Below are positions 19,975 through 28,435 of a stretch of 64,000 nucleotides of DNA, piece after piece. The position numbers and the translations under genes are program-made. The notes under the pieces were generated by a model. It made no database searches. It saw only the letters and a list, made by a program, of their open reading frames with translations, and was not told where the DNA came from. Position 1 is the first letter of the stretch. Each line of letters opens with the position of its first letter. Source of the stretch: Candidatus Woesearchaeota archaeon (GTDB lineage: Archaea; Nanobdellota; Nanobdellia; Woesearchaeales; ARS49); assembly GCA_038891615.1 (NCBI GenBank), contig JAWADY010000003.1:32001-96000 (forward strand), in the 5' to 3' direction.

Positions 19975-20069
19975 CGGGCCTGCGAGGATTTGAACCCCGG
20001 ATCTTCTGCTCCCTTTCGTCATTCAGACGATAGAAGGCAGCCGCTCTATCCAGACTGAGCTACAGGCCC
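19975..20069 (-). tRNA. tRNA-Arg(TCT) with 20-nt intron at 37/38 (20011-20030)
   Basis: GGGCCTG/CAGGCCC acceptor stem, TTCAAAT T-loop, CT-TCT-A anticodon loop interrupted by a relaxed BHB intron. Confidence 0.9.
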
Positions 20070-20146
20070 TTGAGTCTTGAACATTTTTTTTCGTTTATAA
20101 ATATTGCTGGCAAAATTTTTAAACAATCAAATGGATGTACTTTTGT

Positions 20147-20219
20147 GCGGAGGTAGCCAAGCGGCTAAGGCGGCCGCCTGCAGAGCGGCTTATCAAGGGT
20201 TCGAGTCCCTTCCTCCGCT
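20147..20219 (+). tRNA. tRNA-Cys(GCA)
   Basis: GCGGAGG/CCTCCGC acceptor, GCCGC-CTGCAGA-GCGGC anticodon arm, U73 discriminator. Confidence 0.95.
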
Positions 20220-20367
20220 TTTCTCATTAATCTGTTAGTGGAGATTTGTCAGAATTTAAGCAGTTGTAAAGAAAGTAAGAATCTTTTATCTTGAACTGAC
20301 AGCCCTTAAAAGCTGCTTTGTGAGAATTGCTAAAAACCGCCTTAGACTATCTATGCTTAAAGCCCAT

Positions 20368-20652
20368 TTACCTCTTTTTAGCCCGACCTTTCTTTTCACC
20401 ACCCTTCTTTTGTCTTTTCATGAGCGGTGCCAATCTCTTTGCAATACGCTTGCTTTCTTGTGAGGCAAAGCTTGCAAAGTTTTTTGCTGTTGTTTTTGCT
20501 TCCTTCAGGAGTGCTGATGCGATTTTTCTCGCCATACGCTTGTCAACCCGCTGTCCTCTCACAAACCTTTTGAGCTCTGACTCGAGCCTGCGTTTTCCGA
20601 CTGTTGCTGCTCTCATAAGCAGCGAGAATGCCCTTCTCACCCTTCTTGCCAT
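20368..20652 (-). CDS. Small, highly basic helical protein, phasin/granule-associated-like
   Basis: Strong SD GAGGTGAT; amphipathic helices; directly downstream of an ABC1 kinase, a known phasin-ABC1 pairing. Confidence 0.6.
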   Translation of the reverse strand: MARRVRRAFSLLMRAATVGKRRLESELKRFVRGQRVDKRMARKIASALLKEAKTTAKNFASFASQESKRIAKRLAPLMKRQKKGGEKKGRAKKR

Positions 20653-20675
20653 TTATATCACCTCAGCTTTTAATT

Positions 20676-22337
20676 TCAACTGCCATGTGGGTCGTATTTT
20701 GGATGCCCTTCCTTTAGCATTGAAAAAATCATGAGAGCTGTGAAAAGAAGCGCGCCAGAAAAACCTGCAATTGCAAAAATAGAAACCCCGCGGTACATTG
20801 GGCCTATATTGACTAAAAGTGCAGAGCTTAGAACCAGTGAAGATATCACAAGTGCATATGAAATCCTATTTGAACTTTTAGCGATGTCCAGCCCGACATG
20901 TTTTACATCAGGATGGCTCATCTCTATTTCAATCGTTCCACGTTTTATCTTTTGAACAAGTGTGTTCAGTCCTTTTGAAAATTCTTCAATAAAATCATCT
21001 ACTTCTGTTGCCCGCTTAAAAAGATATCTGCTTGATAACTTTTCCTTAACCCTGCTTTTCAGCAACGCATCGAGGTAAGGCCTTGTCTCCTTGACAAAAT
21101 CAAATTCTGGATAAAGCTGAAGGGCAGTCCCTTCTGCAGTCATTAGCGCTTTGGCAAAGAGTATTAGTTCTGTTGGAGGTTTTATTTTGTTTCTAATGGC
21201 GCTGTCCATGAGCTCTCTTAGCATATGCGTGAATCTTACTTGCCTCAAGGCTGTACCATGCCATTCAGAAATCACTTCACGAACCTCTTGCTTGAGCTCA
21301 TCAATGCGAGTTTCCTTGCTCGGACTCCCAACTTTTGTCAGGATATCAACAATTTTTCCAGCATCCCTCTCAAGCAGCGCAAACCAAAGCTGTGTGCTAT
21401 ACCTCTTTAGTTCTGGGTCAAGGCTTCCAACTATTCCAAAGTCAACTATTGCAATCCTTCCTTTTGGCAGCACAAGAATGTTTCCAGGATGAAGGTCTGC
21501 ATGAAATATGTCTGAATCAAAAACTTGCTTGATGAGTCCAGACACAAGCATTTTTGCAATTCTTTTCTTTTCAGCAGGAGATCCCTCAAACCTACTTAAA
21601 GGCTTACCTTCCAACAACTCAAGGGTTATGACACGCTTTGTGGTTCTTTCCCAAAAGACCTTTGGGATTATTATTTCTTTTGTGCGCTCAAATGCTGTGT
21701 AAAAGCGCTCAACATTTCTTCCTTCGATTATAAAATTTAATTCTCTTTTTGTATAGCGCTCAAACTCCTTGACTATTTCCTGTGGATTTAATGGCGCGAA
21801 TCGTGGGCTCTTTGCCATTCTTGCTGCAATATGATGCATCAATTCGATATCTGCTTCAAAAACTTTCTCAACATCAGGTCTCTGGACCTTCACAACAACG
21901 GCCTTTCCATCAGGAAGGATGGCGCGGTGAACCTGCGCAATTGATGCTGAACCAATTGGCTCGTGCTCAAACTTTTTGAAAAGTTGCTCAATTGGCTTAC
22001 CAAGTTCTGCTTGTATAATTCCTCGAACCTTTTCGAATGAAAAAGGTGTTACTCTATCTTGAAGCTTTGCGAGTTCTTCGCAATATGTCCTTGGAATGAG
22101 GTCTGGCCTTAGCGAAAGAAACTGGCCAAGTTTTACGAACGCGCCTCCGAGCTGCTCAAGGACCCTTCGAAACCTTTCGGGCCCTTTCGCACTTTCTGGA
22201 ATCTCGAACCAAAGAAAACGCTTTGTTATTGGAAGATGCAGTTTAAGCTCAAGTTCCTGGACAATCCAGCCAAGACCCTCTTTTGCAAGAGCATTAGCAA
22301 GCTGTGCAATCCTCTTAACATCTTGGGCTAATCCCAT
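20676..22337 (-). CDS. ABC1/UbiB (AarF) family atypical kinase
   Basis: FVKLGQFLS, SASIAQVHRA, VKVQRP, FHADLHPGN, DFG; two C-terminal TMs. Confidence 0.95.
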   Translation of the reverse strand: MGLAQDVKRIAQLANALAKEGLGWIVQELELKLHLPITKRFLWFEIPESAKGPERFRRVLEQLGGAFVKLGQFLSLRPDLIPRTYCEELAKLQDRVTPFSFEKVRGIIQAELGKPIEQLFKKFEHEPIGSASIAQVHRAILPDGKAVVVKVQRPDVEKVFEADIELMHHIAARMAKSPRFAPLNPQEIVKEFERYTKRELNFIIEGRNVERFYTAFERTKEIIIPKVFWERTTKRVITLELLEGKPLSRFEGSPAEKKRIAKMLVSGLIKQVFDSDIFHADLHPGNILVLPKGRIAIVDFGIVGSLDPELKRYSTQLWFALLERDAGKIVDILTKVGSPSKETRIDELKQEVREVISEWHGTALRQVRFTHMLRELMDSAIRNKIKPPTELILFAKALMTAEGTALQLYPEFDFVKETRPYLDALLKSRVKEKLSSRYLFKRATEVDDFIEEFSKGLNTLVQKIKRGTIEIEMSHPDVKHVGLDIAKSSNRISYALVISSLVLSSALLVNIGPMYRGVSIFAIAGFSGALLFTALMIFSMLKEGHPKYDPHGS

Positions 22338-22524
22338 TGCTAAAACCCCTTTTCTTTATTGGAGTGTTCTTGTGAATAAAAATCTTGCCAAGCCTTTAAC
22401 AAGTTTTATCAAACCTATTTTTGCATTATATAAAGTTTTTTCATATAATAAAGAAAAAGTGGTTCAAAAGCCCAACCCAAAGCAACGCAAAGTTTTTTAA
22501 ATTCTTTGCTTGAAAATTTGTTTG

Positions 22525-24705
22525 ATGTACGAACTGATAATCAGCGAAAAACCTGCAGCCGCAGAGAAGATTGCACTTGCGCTCGCAGACAAAAATGTCA
22601 AGAAGGAAAGCCGAAACGGCGTGCCTTATTTCATTTTGACACGCAAAGGACGAAAGATTGTTGTGGGTTGTGCTGCCGGGCATCTATTCGCGCTTGCTGA
22701 AAAGGTAAAAAGCAAGAGCTTGAGCTACCCTGTTTTTGACATAGAATGGTTACCTGTATTTCTTGTTGACAAATCTGCGAGGTTTACAAAGGCATATTAT
22801 GACGCGCTTAGGGCGCTTGCAAAAGGAGCAGAGATTTTCACAGTTGCAACAGACTATGACGTTGAAGGGGAGGTTATTGGATTGAATATCATAAGATATA
22901 TCTGCAACAGAAATGACGCTCGTAGGATGAAATTTTCTACGCTAACAAAGCCCGACCTTGTTGCTGCCTATGAAAGAGTGGAACCGCATCTTAACTGGGG
23001 AGATGCTGAGGCTGGTGAAACGAGGCATTTTCTTGATTATTACTATGGTATAAACATCTCGCGGGCGCTCATGTCTGCAATAAAATCTGCAGGAATGTTC
23101 AAGATACTTAGCACAGGCAGGGTTCAGGGTCCTGCACTTAAGATAGTTGTAGACAGAGAAAGAGAAATTGCAGCCTTCAAGCCAAAGCCTTACTGGGAGA
23201 TAGAGCTCGTCTGTTCTGTTGGTAAGTCAAGCATTTTTTCTGCTTGGCACATCAAAGACCCATTCTGGGAAGAGGCTGTTGCCCAAGAGGTCATGAAAAA
23301 GATAAAAGGCGCAAAAGAGGGGGTTGTCGTCGCTGTTGAAAAAAAGGACTTTGAGCACAAGCCTCCAACTCCTCTTGACCTAACAACACTTCAGACCGAG
23401 GCTCATAGGTGTTTTGGTATAAGCCCAAAATCAACGCTTGATATTGCCCAAGAGCTTTACATTGGGGGTTATATTTCCTATCCTAGAACTTCTTCGCAAA
23501 AGCTGCCTCAATCTATTGGCTATGAAAGAATAATTCGCGAACTCAGCAAGCAAAAAAACTATGCCGCAGCTGCTTCTGAGCTTCTAAAGTCCAAGAAGCT
23601 TTCACCTTGTGAAGGAATAAAAACAGACCCTGCTCACCCTGCAATCTATCCAACGGGGATAGCTCCAAAAGGGCTTGAGCCAAGGCATCAAAAAATTTAT
23701 GATTTGATTGTGAAGCGCTTTTTGGCAACTTTTGGAAAGCCTGCAAAGCGCCAAACCATTCTTCTTAAGCTTGATGTGAAGGGCGAACAATTTGTCGCAC
23801 GTGGAACAAGGACTGTCGATGAAGGCTGGTATCCACTTTATGCTCCTTACATAAAGCTGGAGGAAACAGACCTTCCTGCTTTTAATATAGGGGATTCGGT
23901 GAAAATAAAAAAGACTACACTACATGCAAAGCAAACAGCCCCTCCAAAAAGATACAATCCAAGCTCGCTTGTGCGTGAGCTTGAACGCAGGGGGCTTGGA
24001 ACAAAGGCTACGCGTTCTGAAATTGTTGAAACACTTTATAAAAGAAACTATATCAAAGGTGAGCAAATCAGGGCAACAGAGCTTGGAATGCACGCAATAG
24101 AAATTCTGGAGCGTTATTGCCCAAAAATAATCGACGAACAAATGACAAGACATTTTGAGCAGGATATGGATTCAATAAGCCGTGGAATAAAGAAAAAAGA
24201 GGAAGTCCTTGAGGAGGCAAGGACTTTCCTTGTTGGACTTCTGGAGGAATTCAGATCAAAAGAAAGGAAGATTGGAGAAGGTTTACTGGAGCATTTTATG
24301 GAAACGGAAGCTGGGCTGTTAAATGTTGGTATGTGCCCAGTTTGTAAGAAGGGAAGTCTTACAATTAGAAAGGGCAAATATGGTCGATTCATTGCCTGTG
24401 ATCGTTATCCTGACTGCAGAACAACTTTCAAGCTCCCGCCAACAGGAATGGTCGAGGTCTCAAAAGAGGTTTGTGGTGTTTGCGGTTATCCAATGATAAA
24501 GATTATAAAAAAAGGGAAAAAACCTGCTGAACTTTGCATAAACCTTGACTGCCCATCCAAGGCTGCTGTGGGAAAGTTCGCTGAAGGACATAGCTGTCCT
24601 TCATGCAAAGTTGGGAAGCTTGTCATAAGAAAATCAATTTATGGGAGTTTTATTGCTTGTACAAACTATCCAAAATGCAGATATGTCCAAAGGGGGCAAA
24701 AATGA
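22525..24705 (+). CDS. topA: DNA topoisomerase I (type IA) with C-terminal Zn ribbons
   Basis: ISEKP, ATDYDVEGE, STGRVQ, ISYPRT, GLGTKATR, repeated CxxC. Confidence 0.96.
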   Translation: MYELIISEKPAAAEKIALALADKNVKKESRNGVPYFILTRKGRKIVVGCAAGHLFALAEKVKSKSLSYPVFDIEWLPVFLVDKSARFTKAYYDALRALAKGAEIFTVATDYDVEGEVIGLNIIRYICNRNDARRMKFSTLTKPDLVAAYERVEPHLNWGDAEAGETRHFLDYYYGINISRALMSAIKSAGMFKILSTGRVQGPALKIVVDREREIAAFKPKPYWEIELVCSVGKSSIFSAWHIKDPFWEEAVAQEVMKKIKGAKEGVVVAVEKKDFEHKPPTPLDLTTLQTEAHRCFGISPKSTLDIAQELYIGGYISYPRTSSQKLPQSIGYERIIRELSKQKNYAAAASELLKSKKLSPCEGIKTDPAHPAIYPTGIAPKGLEPRHQKIYDLIVKRFLATFGKPAKRQTILLKLDVKGEQFVARGTRTVDEGWYPLYAPYIKLEETDLPAFNIGDSVKIKKTTLHAKQTAPPKRYNPSSLVRELERRGLGTKATRSEIVETLYKRNYIKGEQIRATELGMHAIEILERYCPKIIDEQMTRHFEQDMDSISRGIKKKEEVLEEARTFLVGLLEEFRSKERKIGEGLLEHFMETEAGLLNVGMCPVCKKGSLTIRKGKYGRFIACDRYPDCRTTFKLPPTGMVEVSKEVCGVCGYPMIKIIKKGKKPAELCINLDCPSKAAVGKFAEGHSCPSCKVGKLVIRKSIYGSFIACTNYPKCRYVQRGQK

Positions 24706-26528
24706 GGCCGCTTGTGCTCCTGCTTTTCTTTTTATTGCAATTTATCATACTCACAAATCCAGCTCATGCGCTTTTGAAACAAGCCAGCATACCTGTTCTT
24801 GCACTGACTGAAAAAGATGGAAAGACCGTTGGTACGGTGGCAGAGCTACATCTTGAAGTGCGTGATGGCAGTGAGCGGGTTTTTCTCGAGACAATACCTT
24901 TAACAAAAATTTCAACCCAGATATCTATGCGCTTTGCACAGCAAGTGGTTTGCAGGGAGCTGGATTTGGACTGTTCTCGTTACGATTTTATTTTTACTCT
25001 TAAAGGCCCCTCAGGAATTGTTGGAGGACCAAGCGCAGGAGCTGCTGGGGCGGTGCTTATTGCCGCGACGCTGAAGGACATGAAACTTGATAACCGCACT
25101 GCAATAACAGGTACAATAAATTCTGGTGGAATAATAGGCCCAGTCGGGGGGCTGAGTGAGAAGATATTTGCAGCCTCAAAAGCAGGACTTAGCCGCGTGC
25201 TTATTCCAAAGGGCGAGGGCTTGTCAAAGGATGAAAATGAAACAAAAGACCTTTTTGAACTTGGCCGGAAGTTGAATGTTTCTGTCATTGAAGTCGCAAC
25301 ACTAGCAGAAGCACTATCTTATTTTACAGGGCTTAAGCCAGAGAGACCAGCAGAGCAGCTTGTCATTCATCCAGCTTATCTGGAGCTTATGTCTCAAATA
25401 GCCTTTGAAACCTGCGAAAGAGCAGAAGAGCTTTCCGACATTGCAAAGAGGCTTGCAACTTCAAACAAAACTGCTTTGTTAGACTCTTCAATCAATTTTA
25501 CAACGCAGGCAAAAGAGCTCTTGAAAGAAAAAGCTTACTACAGCGCCGCTTCCTACTGCTTCAGGGCAAACACAAATTACAAAACAATAATTCTAGGGGA
25601 GCTTGGACTGGCTCAGTTTTTCCAAAGAATGCGCGAAGCCCGTTCTGAAATTGAAAAGCTTGGGGGCGAGCTTAAAGAAAGGAATGTAACAACACTTGTT
25701 GGTCTTCAGGCTTTCTTCCTTGCCAAGGAAAGGCTTGTGGAAGCGTTTGAGAGTCTTGACGAGATTGAAAAAAGACTATCAAATGGTACTCCAGAACCTT
25801 CTGAGCTTGCATCACTGCTGGCATATATCGAAGAGCGGATATATTCTGCCATCACTTGGTCAAGGTTTTTTCAGCTTGAGGATAGAAAAGTGATTGAAGT
25901 TGAGCCACAAAGCATTGCCAAATCTTGCCAATCAAAGATGGCTGAAGCCGAAGAGCGTGAAGCGTATGCCAGTTCTCTTTTTGTTCTTCCACTCTCTACT
26001 GTGCACAAGGATATCGAAAAGGCAGCAAATTATGCTGCCAACGGAGAGTATGAGCTTTGCATCTTCGCTGCCAGCAAGGCAAAGGCAGGTGCGGACATGC
26101 TCATCAGCACATCAGGTATCTCGCTTGAGCGTGCACAAGAGTTCATCGAGCAAAAACTTGAGATGGTTAGAGGAATGCTTGTAAAGGCTCAAAGGCGTGG
26201 CTTTATTCCAATAATCAGTTATAGCTATTATGATTATGCTCAAACTCTCAAGAGCGTTGATATTGGAACCGCGCTTCTTTTCGCAGAGCTTGCGCAGGAA
26301 CTATCAGTTCTTGACAGCTATTTTGAGAAAAGGGCAGCAGTACCAGAACCAATACAATACCCGCCTATTTTGCCACCGTCGTCCATGCCGAAGCTTGAAG
26401 AACGTGCTAAAGGATTCTTTCTTGGGTTTGCACTTGGATTAGTTCTTGCAGGCTTTGTATGGCTTTTGAACAAGCACTTGGCTGCAAAAGGCTTCAGGAA
26501 AAAGAAGAAACGAACTTTACATCATTAA
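24702..26528 (+). CDS. Exported, membrane-anchored Lon-like (S16) Ser-Lys protease without ATPase (COG1750-like)
   Basis: Signal peptide, GPSAG, TGTI...GPVGGLSEK, helical region, C-terminal TM plus basic tail. Confidence 0.85.
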   Translation: MRPLVLLLFFLLQFIILTNPAHALLKQASIPVLALTEKDGKTVGTVAELHLEVRDGSERVFLETIPLTKISTQISMRFAQQVVCRELDLDCSRYDFIFTLKGPSGIVGGPSAGAAGAVLIAATLKDMKLDNRTAITGTINSGGIIGPVGGLSEKIFAASKAGLSRVLIPKGEGLSKDENETKDLFELGRKLNVSVIEVATLAEALSYFTGLKPERPAEQLVIHPAYLELMSQIAFETCERAEELSDIAKRLATSNKTALLDSSINFTTQAKELLKEKAYYSAASYCFRANTNYKTIILGELGLAQFFQRMREARSEIEKLGGELKERNVTTLVGLQAFFLAKERLVEAFESLDEIEKRLSNGTPEPSELASLLAYIEERIYSAITWSRFFQLEDRKVIEVEPQSIAKSCQSKMAEAEEREAYASSLFVLPLSTVHKDIEKAANYAANGEYELCIFAASKAKAGADMLISTSGISLERAQEFIEQKLEMVRGMLVKAQRRGFIPIISYSYYDYAQTLKSVDIGTALLFAELAQELSVLDSYFEKRAAVPEPIQYPPILPPSSMPKLEERAKGFFLGFALGLVLAGFVWLLNKHLAAKGFRKKKKRTLHH

Positions 26529-26598
26529 AAACCCGAGCAGACCCGGTTTGGGCCGAGCCTGCGCGGGAAAAAGAGGTGATCTTAAAATTTCAATTGTT
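26527..26598 (-). ncRNA. Candidate ~70-nt small RNA with anti-SD sequence and GC-rich 3' hairpin
   Basis: BRE/TATA CGAAAGATTTATATA upstream, no ORF, GATCACCTC, hairpin 26567-26532, T5 tail. Confidence 0.45.
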
Positions 26599-26644
26599 AC
26601 TACTAGTATATAACAATTAATATATAAATCTTTCGGTTATATTT

Positions 26645-26658
26645 CTACTATTCAGTAG
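26645..26658. promoter_or_regulatory. Palindromic operator CTACT-N4-AGTAG
   Basis: Perfect arms; 16 nt upstream of minus-strand TATA; related sites at 37708-37721 and 34843-34856. Confidence 0.45.
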
Positions 26659-26729
26659 TTATATTTTCTTGAAAAGCTTTCAAAATACCTGTACAAAGGC
26701 TTATTAATCCTTTCATCCGCTTTTTTTAA

Positions 26730-27164
26730 ATGGAAAAATGGTTTGTTTTTTTGCTACTTTTATTTTTGGTGAGCTGCGCTCCTGCAAAGCAACCTGCTAT
26801 AGTGACAAAGGTAATAGACGGCGATACTGTGACAATTCAAGGGGGTCAAAATGTCAGGCTTCTTGGCATTAATGCTCCTGAAAAAGGAGAGAGGGGATAT
26901 TCCGAGGCTCGAGACTTCTTAATCATGCATCTTTTAATGAAAGAAGTTGTCCTTGAACGGGACAAAGATAATAGGGACAAATATGGCAGGTTGTTGCGAT
27001 ATGTTTGGTATAACGGCTTGCTTGTAAACAAAGAAATTGTCAGGCAAGGGCTTGCTGTTGCTCAGATTTATCCGCCAAACACAAAATATGCCAGCGCGAT
27101 TGTAGCAGCAGAAGAAGAAGCAATGTTGCAAAAAAGAGGACTTTGGAAAGCAGAATCAGACTGA
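26730..27164 (+). CDS. Thermonuclease (SNase) family lipoprotein
   Basis: Lipobox LVSC, VIDGDT, RLLGINAPE, DKYGRLLRY, RGLW. Confidence 0.94.
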   Translation: MEKWFVFLLLLFLVSCAPAKQPAIVTKVIDGDTVTIQGGQNVRLLGINAPEKGERGYSEARDFLIMHLLMKEVVLERDKDNRDKYGRLLRYVWYNGLLVNKEIVRQGLAVAQIYPPNTKYASAIVAAEEEAMLQKRGLWKAESD

Positions 27165-27179
27165 TTTGCCTCAAACAGT

Positions 27180-27443
27180 TTATTGCTGGTTCTGAGCTTC
27201 ACAAGGACCTTTTGACCAGCCAACCCCTGCACATTCTGCAAAACAACTGTTGCTATATGTTTTTCCATCAGAACCGCAAACAGGGTCGTAGAGCGCAATG
27301 CAAATGCAGCCATCTCCAACCCCTGCTCTTTGGCCGCCAGCTATTTTTCCTTTGCCTTCTCCAAAAGGCTGTTGACCACAGCCTGCAATAAACGCTCCCA
27401 AAAGAGTGAGACCAATCAAAACAAAAAGCATCCTTTGACTCAT
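27180..27443 (-). CDS. Kazal-type serine protease inhibitor domain lipoprotein
   Basis: Lipobox IAGC; CICIALYDPVCGSDGKTYSNSCFAEC...GPC. Confidence 0.9.
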   Translation of the reverse strand: MSQRMLFVLIGLTLLGAFIAGCGQQPFGEGKGKIAGGQRAGVGDGCICIALYDPVCGSDGKTYSNSCFAECAGVGWSKGPCEAQNQQ

Positions 27444-27886
27444 TTTATCAGATTGTGCCTCTTTAGAATTTCTTTAAACTTAGCAAAATCTTCTGACTCT
27501 TTGAATCCCTTAAGTTCCTCAGGAGGTAGTTTTTTGACAACACTAAAGCATATCCTTGCCAGCTCTTTAATGTCCTGGTTTGGCGGCTCGCTGATGATTT
27601 CTGGCTCTTTTCTCTTTAAGCCAAGCCTTTCTAAAAGCTTTTCAAAAAACCCCTTCTTTTCTGACTCATATTCTTTTGCAAGACTTTCTGCAGCTTCTGC
27701 AGTTGCTGCTGCCTTTGAGGCCTGGGTAAGTCTTTCTTCCTTTGCTACAGTTTCTACTGGCATTTTGGATGTGATGCGAGAAGGGGCTGGTGCAAAAAGC
27801 TCTTTAAAATTAAACCCTCTTCTTTTCCTCGCAGCAAGATAAGCCTCGAGTTCTTCTTCGAGTTCAGCCCTCCTGTCCTTTGCCAT
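27440..27886 (-). CDS. Hypothetical charged helical protein
   Basis: ORF with ATGA overlap to the Kazal gene; start could be 27919. Confidence 0.7.
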   Translation of the reverse strand: MAKDRRAELEEELEAYLAARKRRGFNFKELFAPAPSRITSKMPVETVAKEERLTQASKAAATAEAAESLAKEYESEKKGFFEKLLERLGLKRKEPEIISEPPNQDIKELARICFSVVKKLPPEELKGFKESEDFAKFKEILKRHNLIK

Positions 27887-27987
27887 TTCAAAAGCCACGA
27901 AAAAAGGATTTAAAAACATTGCTATGGCTAGACCACTTTGAGTGCTTTCTGACGAAGGTTTATATACCCTGTTCTATAAGAAGCTGT

Positions 27988-28425
27988 ATGCCAAAAGAGG
28001 TAAGTGCAGGCGCGGTTGTCTTTAAACTTGAAAGGGGAAGGCCGCTTTATTTGCTTCTACATTACAAATACAAGACAGAGTACTGGGATTTTTCAAAAGG
28101 AAATGTTGAAGCTGGTGAAGCGCCCGAGCAGACAGCCTTGCGGGAGGTTAAAGAAGAAACAGGCCTTTCTATAGAACTAATTGAGGGCTTTAAGGAAAAG
28201 ATATCTTGGTTTTACAGACGGAAAGGGGAGAAAATTTTCAAGGAAGTGACTTATTTTCTTGGCAAAGCAAAAGACCTGAAAGTAAAAATTTCTGAAGAGG
28301 CGATAGGTTATGTCTGGCTTCCGTTCGAGGAGGCTGTTGAAAGGTTAACCTTTAAAAATTCAAAGGAGATTTTGTACAAGGCTAACGCTTGGTTGGAAAA
28401 TGCCCTTACAAAAAAGCTGATTTGA
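27988..28425 (+). CDS. NUDIX hydrolase (Ap4A hydrolase-like)
   Basis: SAGAVV, Nudix box KGNVEAGEAPEQTALREVKEETG; TATA 29 nt upstream. Confidence 0.92.
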   Translation: MPKEVSAGAVVFKLERGRPLYLLLHYKYKTEYWDFSKGNVEAGEAPEQTALREVKEETGLSIELIEGFKEKISWFYRRKGEKIFKEVTYFLGKAKDLKVKISEEAIGYVWLPFEEAVERLTFKNSKEILYKANAWLENALTKKLI

Positions 28426-28435
28426 AAGGTGCTTT

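Noticed and set aside
26532-26567. SECIS element
   Set aside because: No GAA/A motif and no in-frame TGA in neighbouring genes
26571-26582. 16S rRNA 3' fragment, or an SD for a plus-strand gene
   Set aside because: No other 16S sequence flanks it, and no start codon or ORF follows GAGGTGAT at usable spacing on the plus strand
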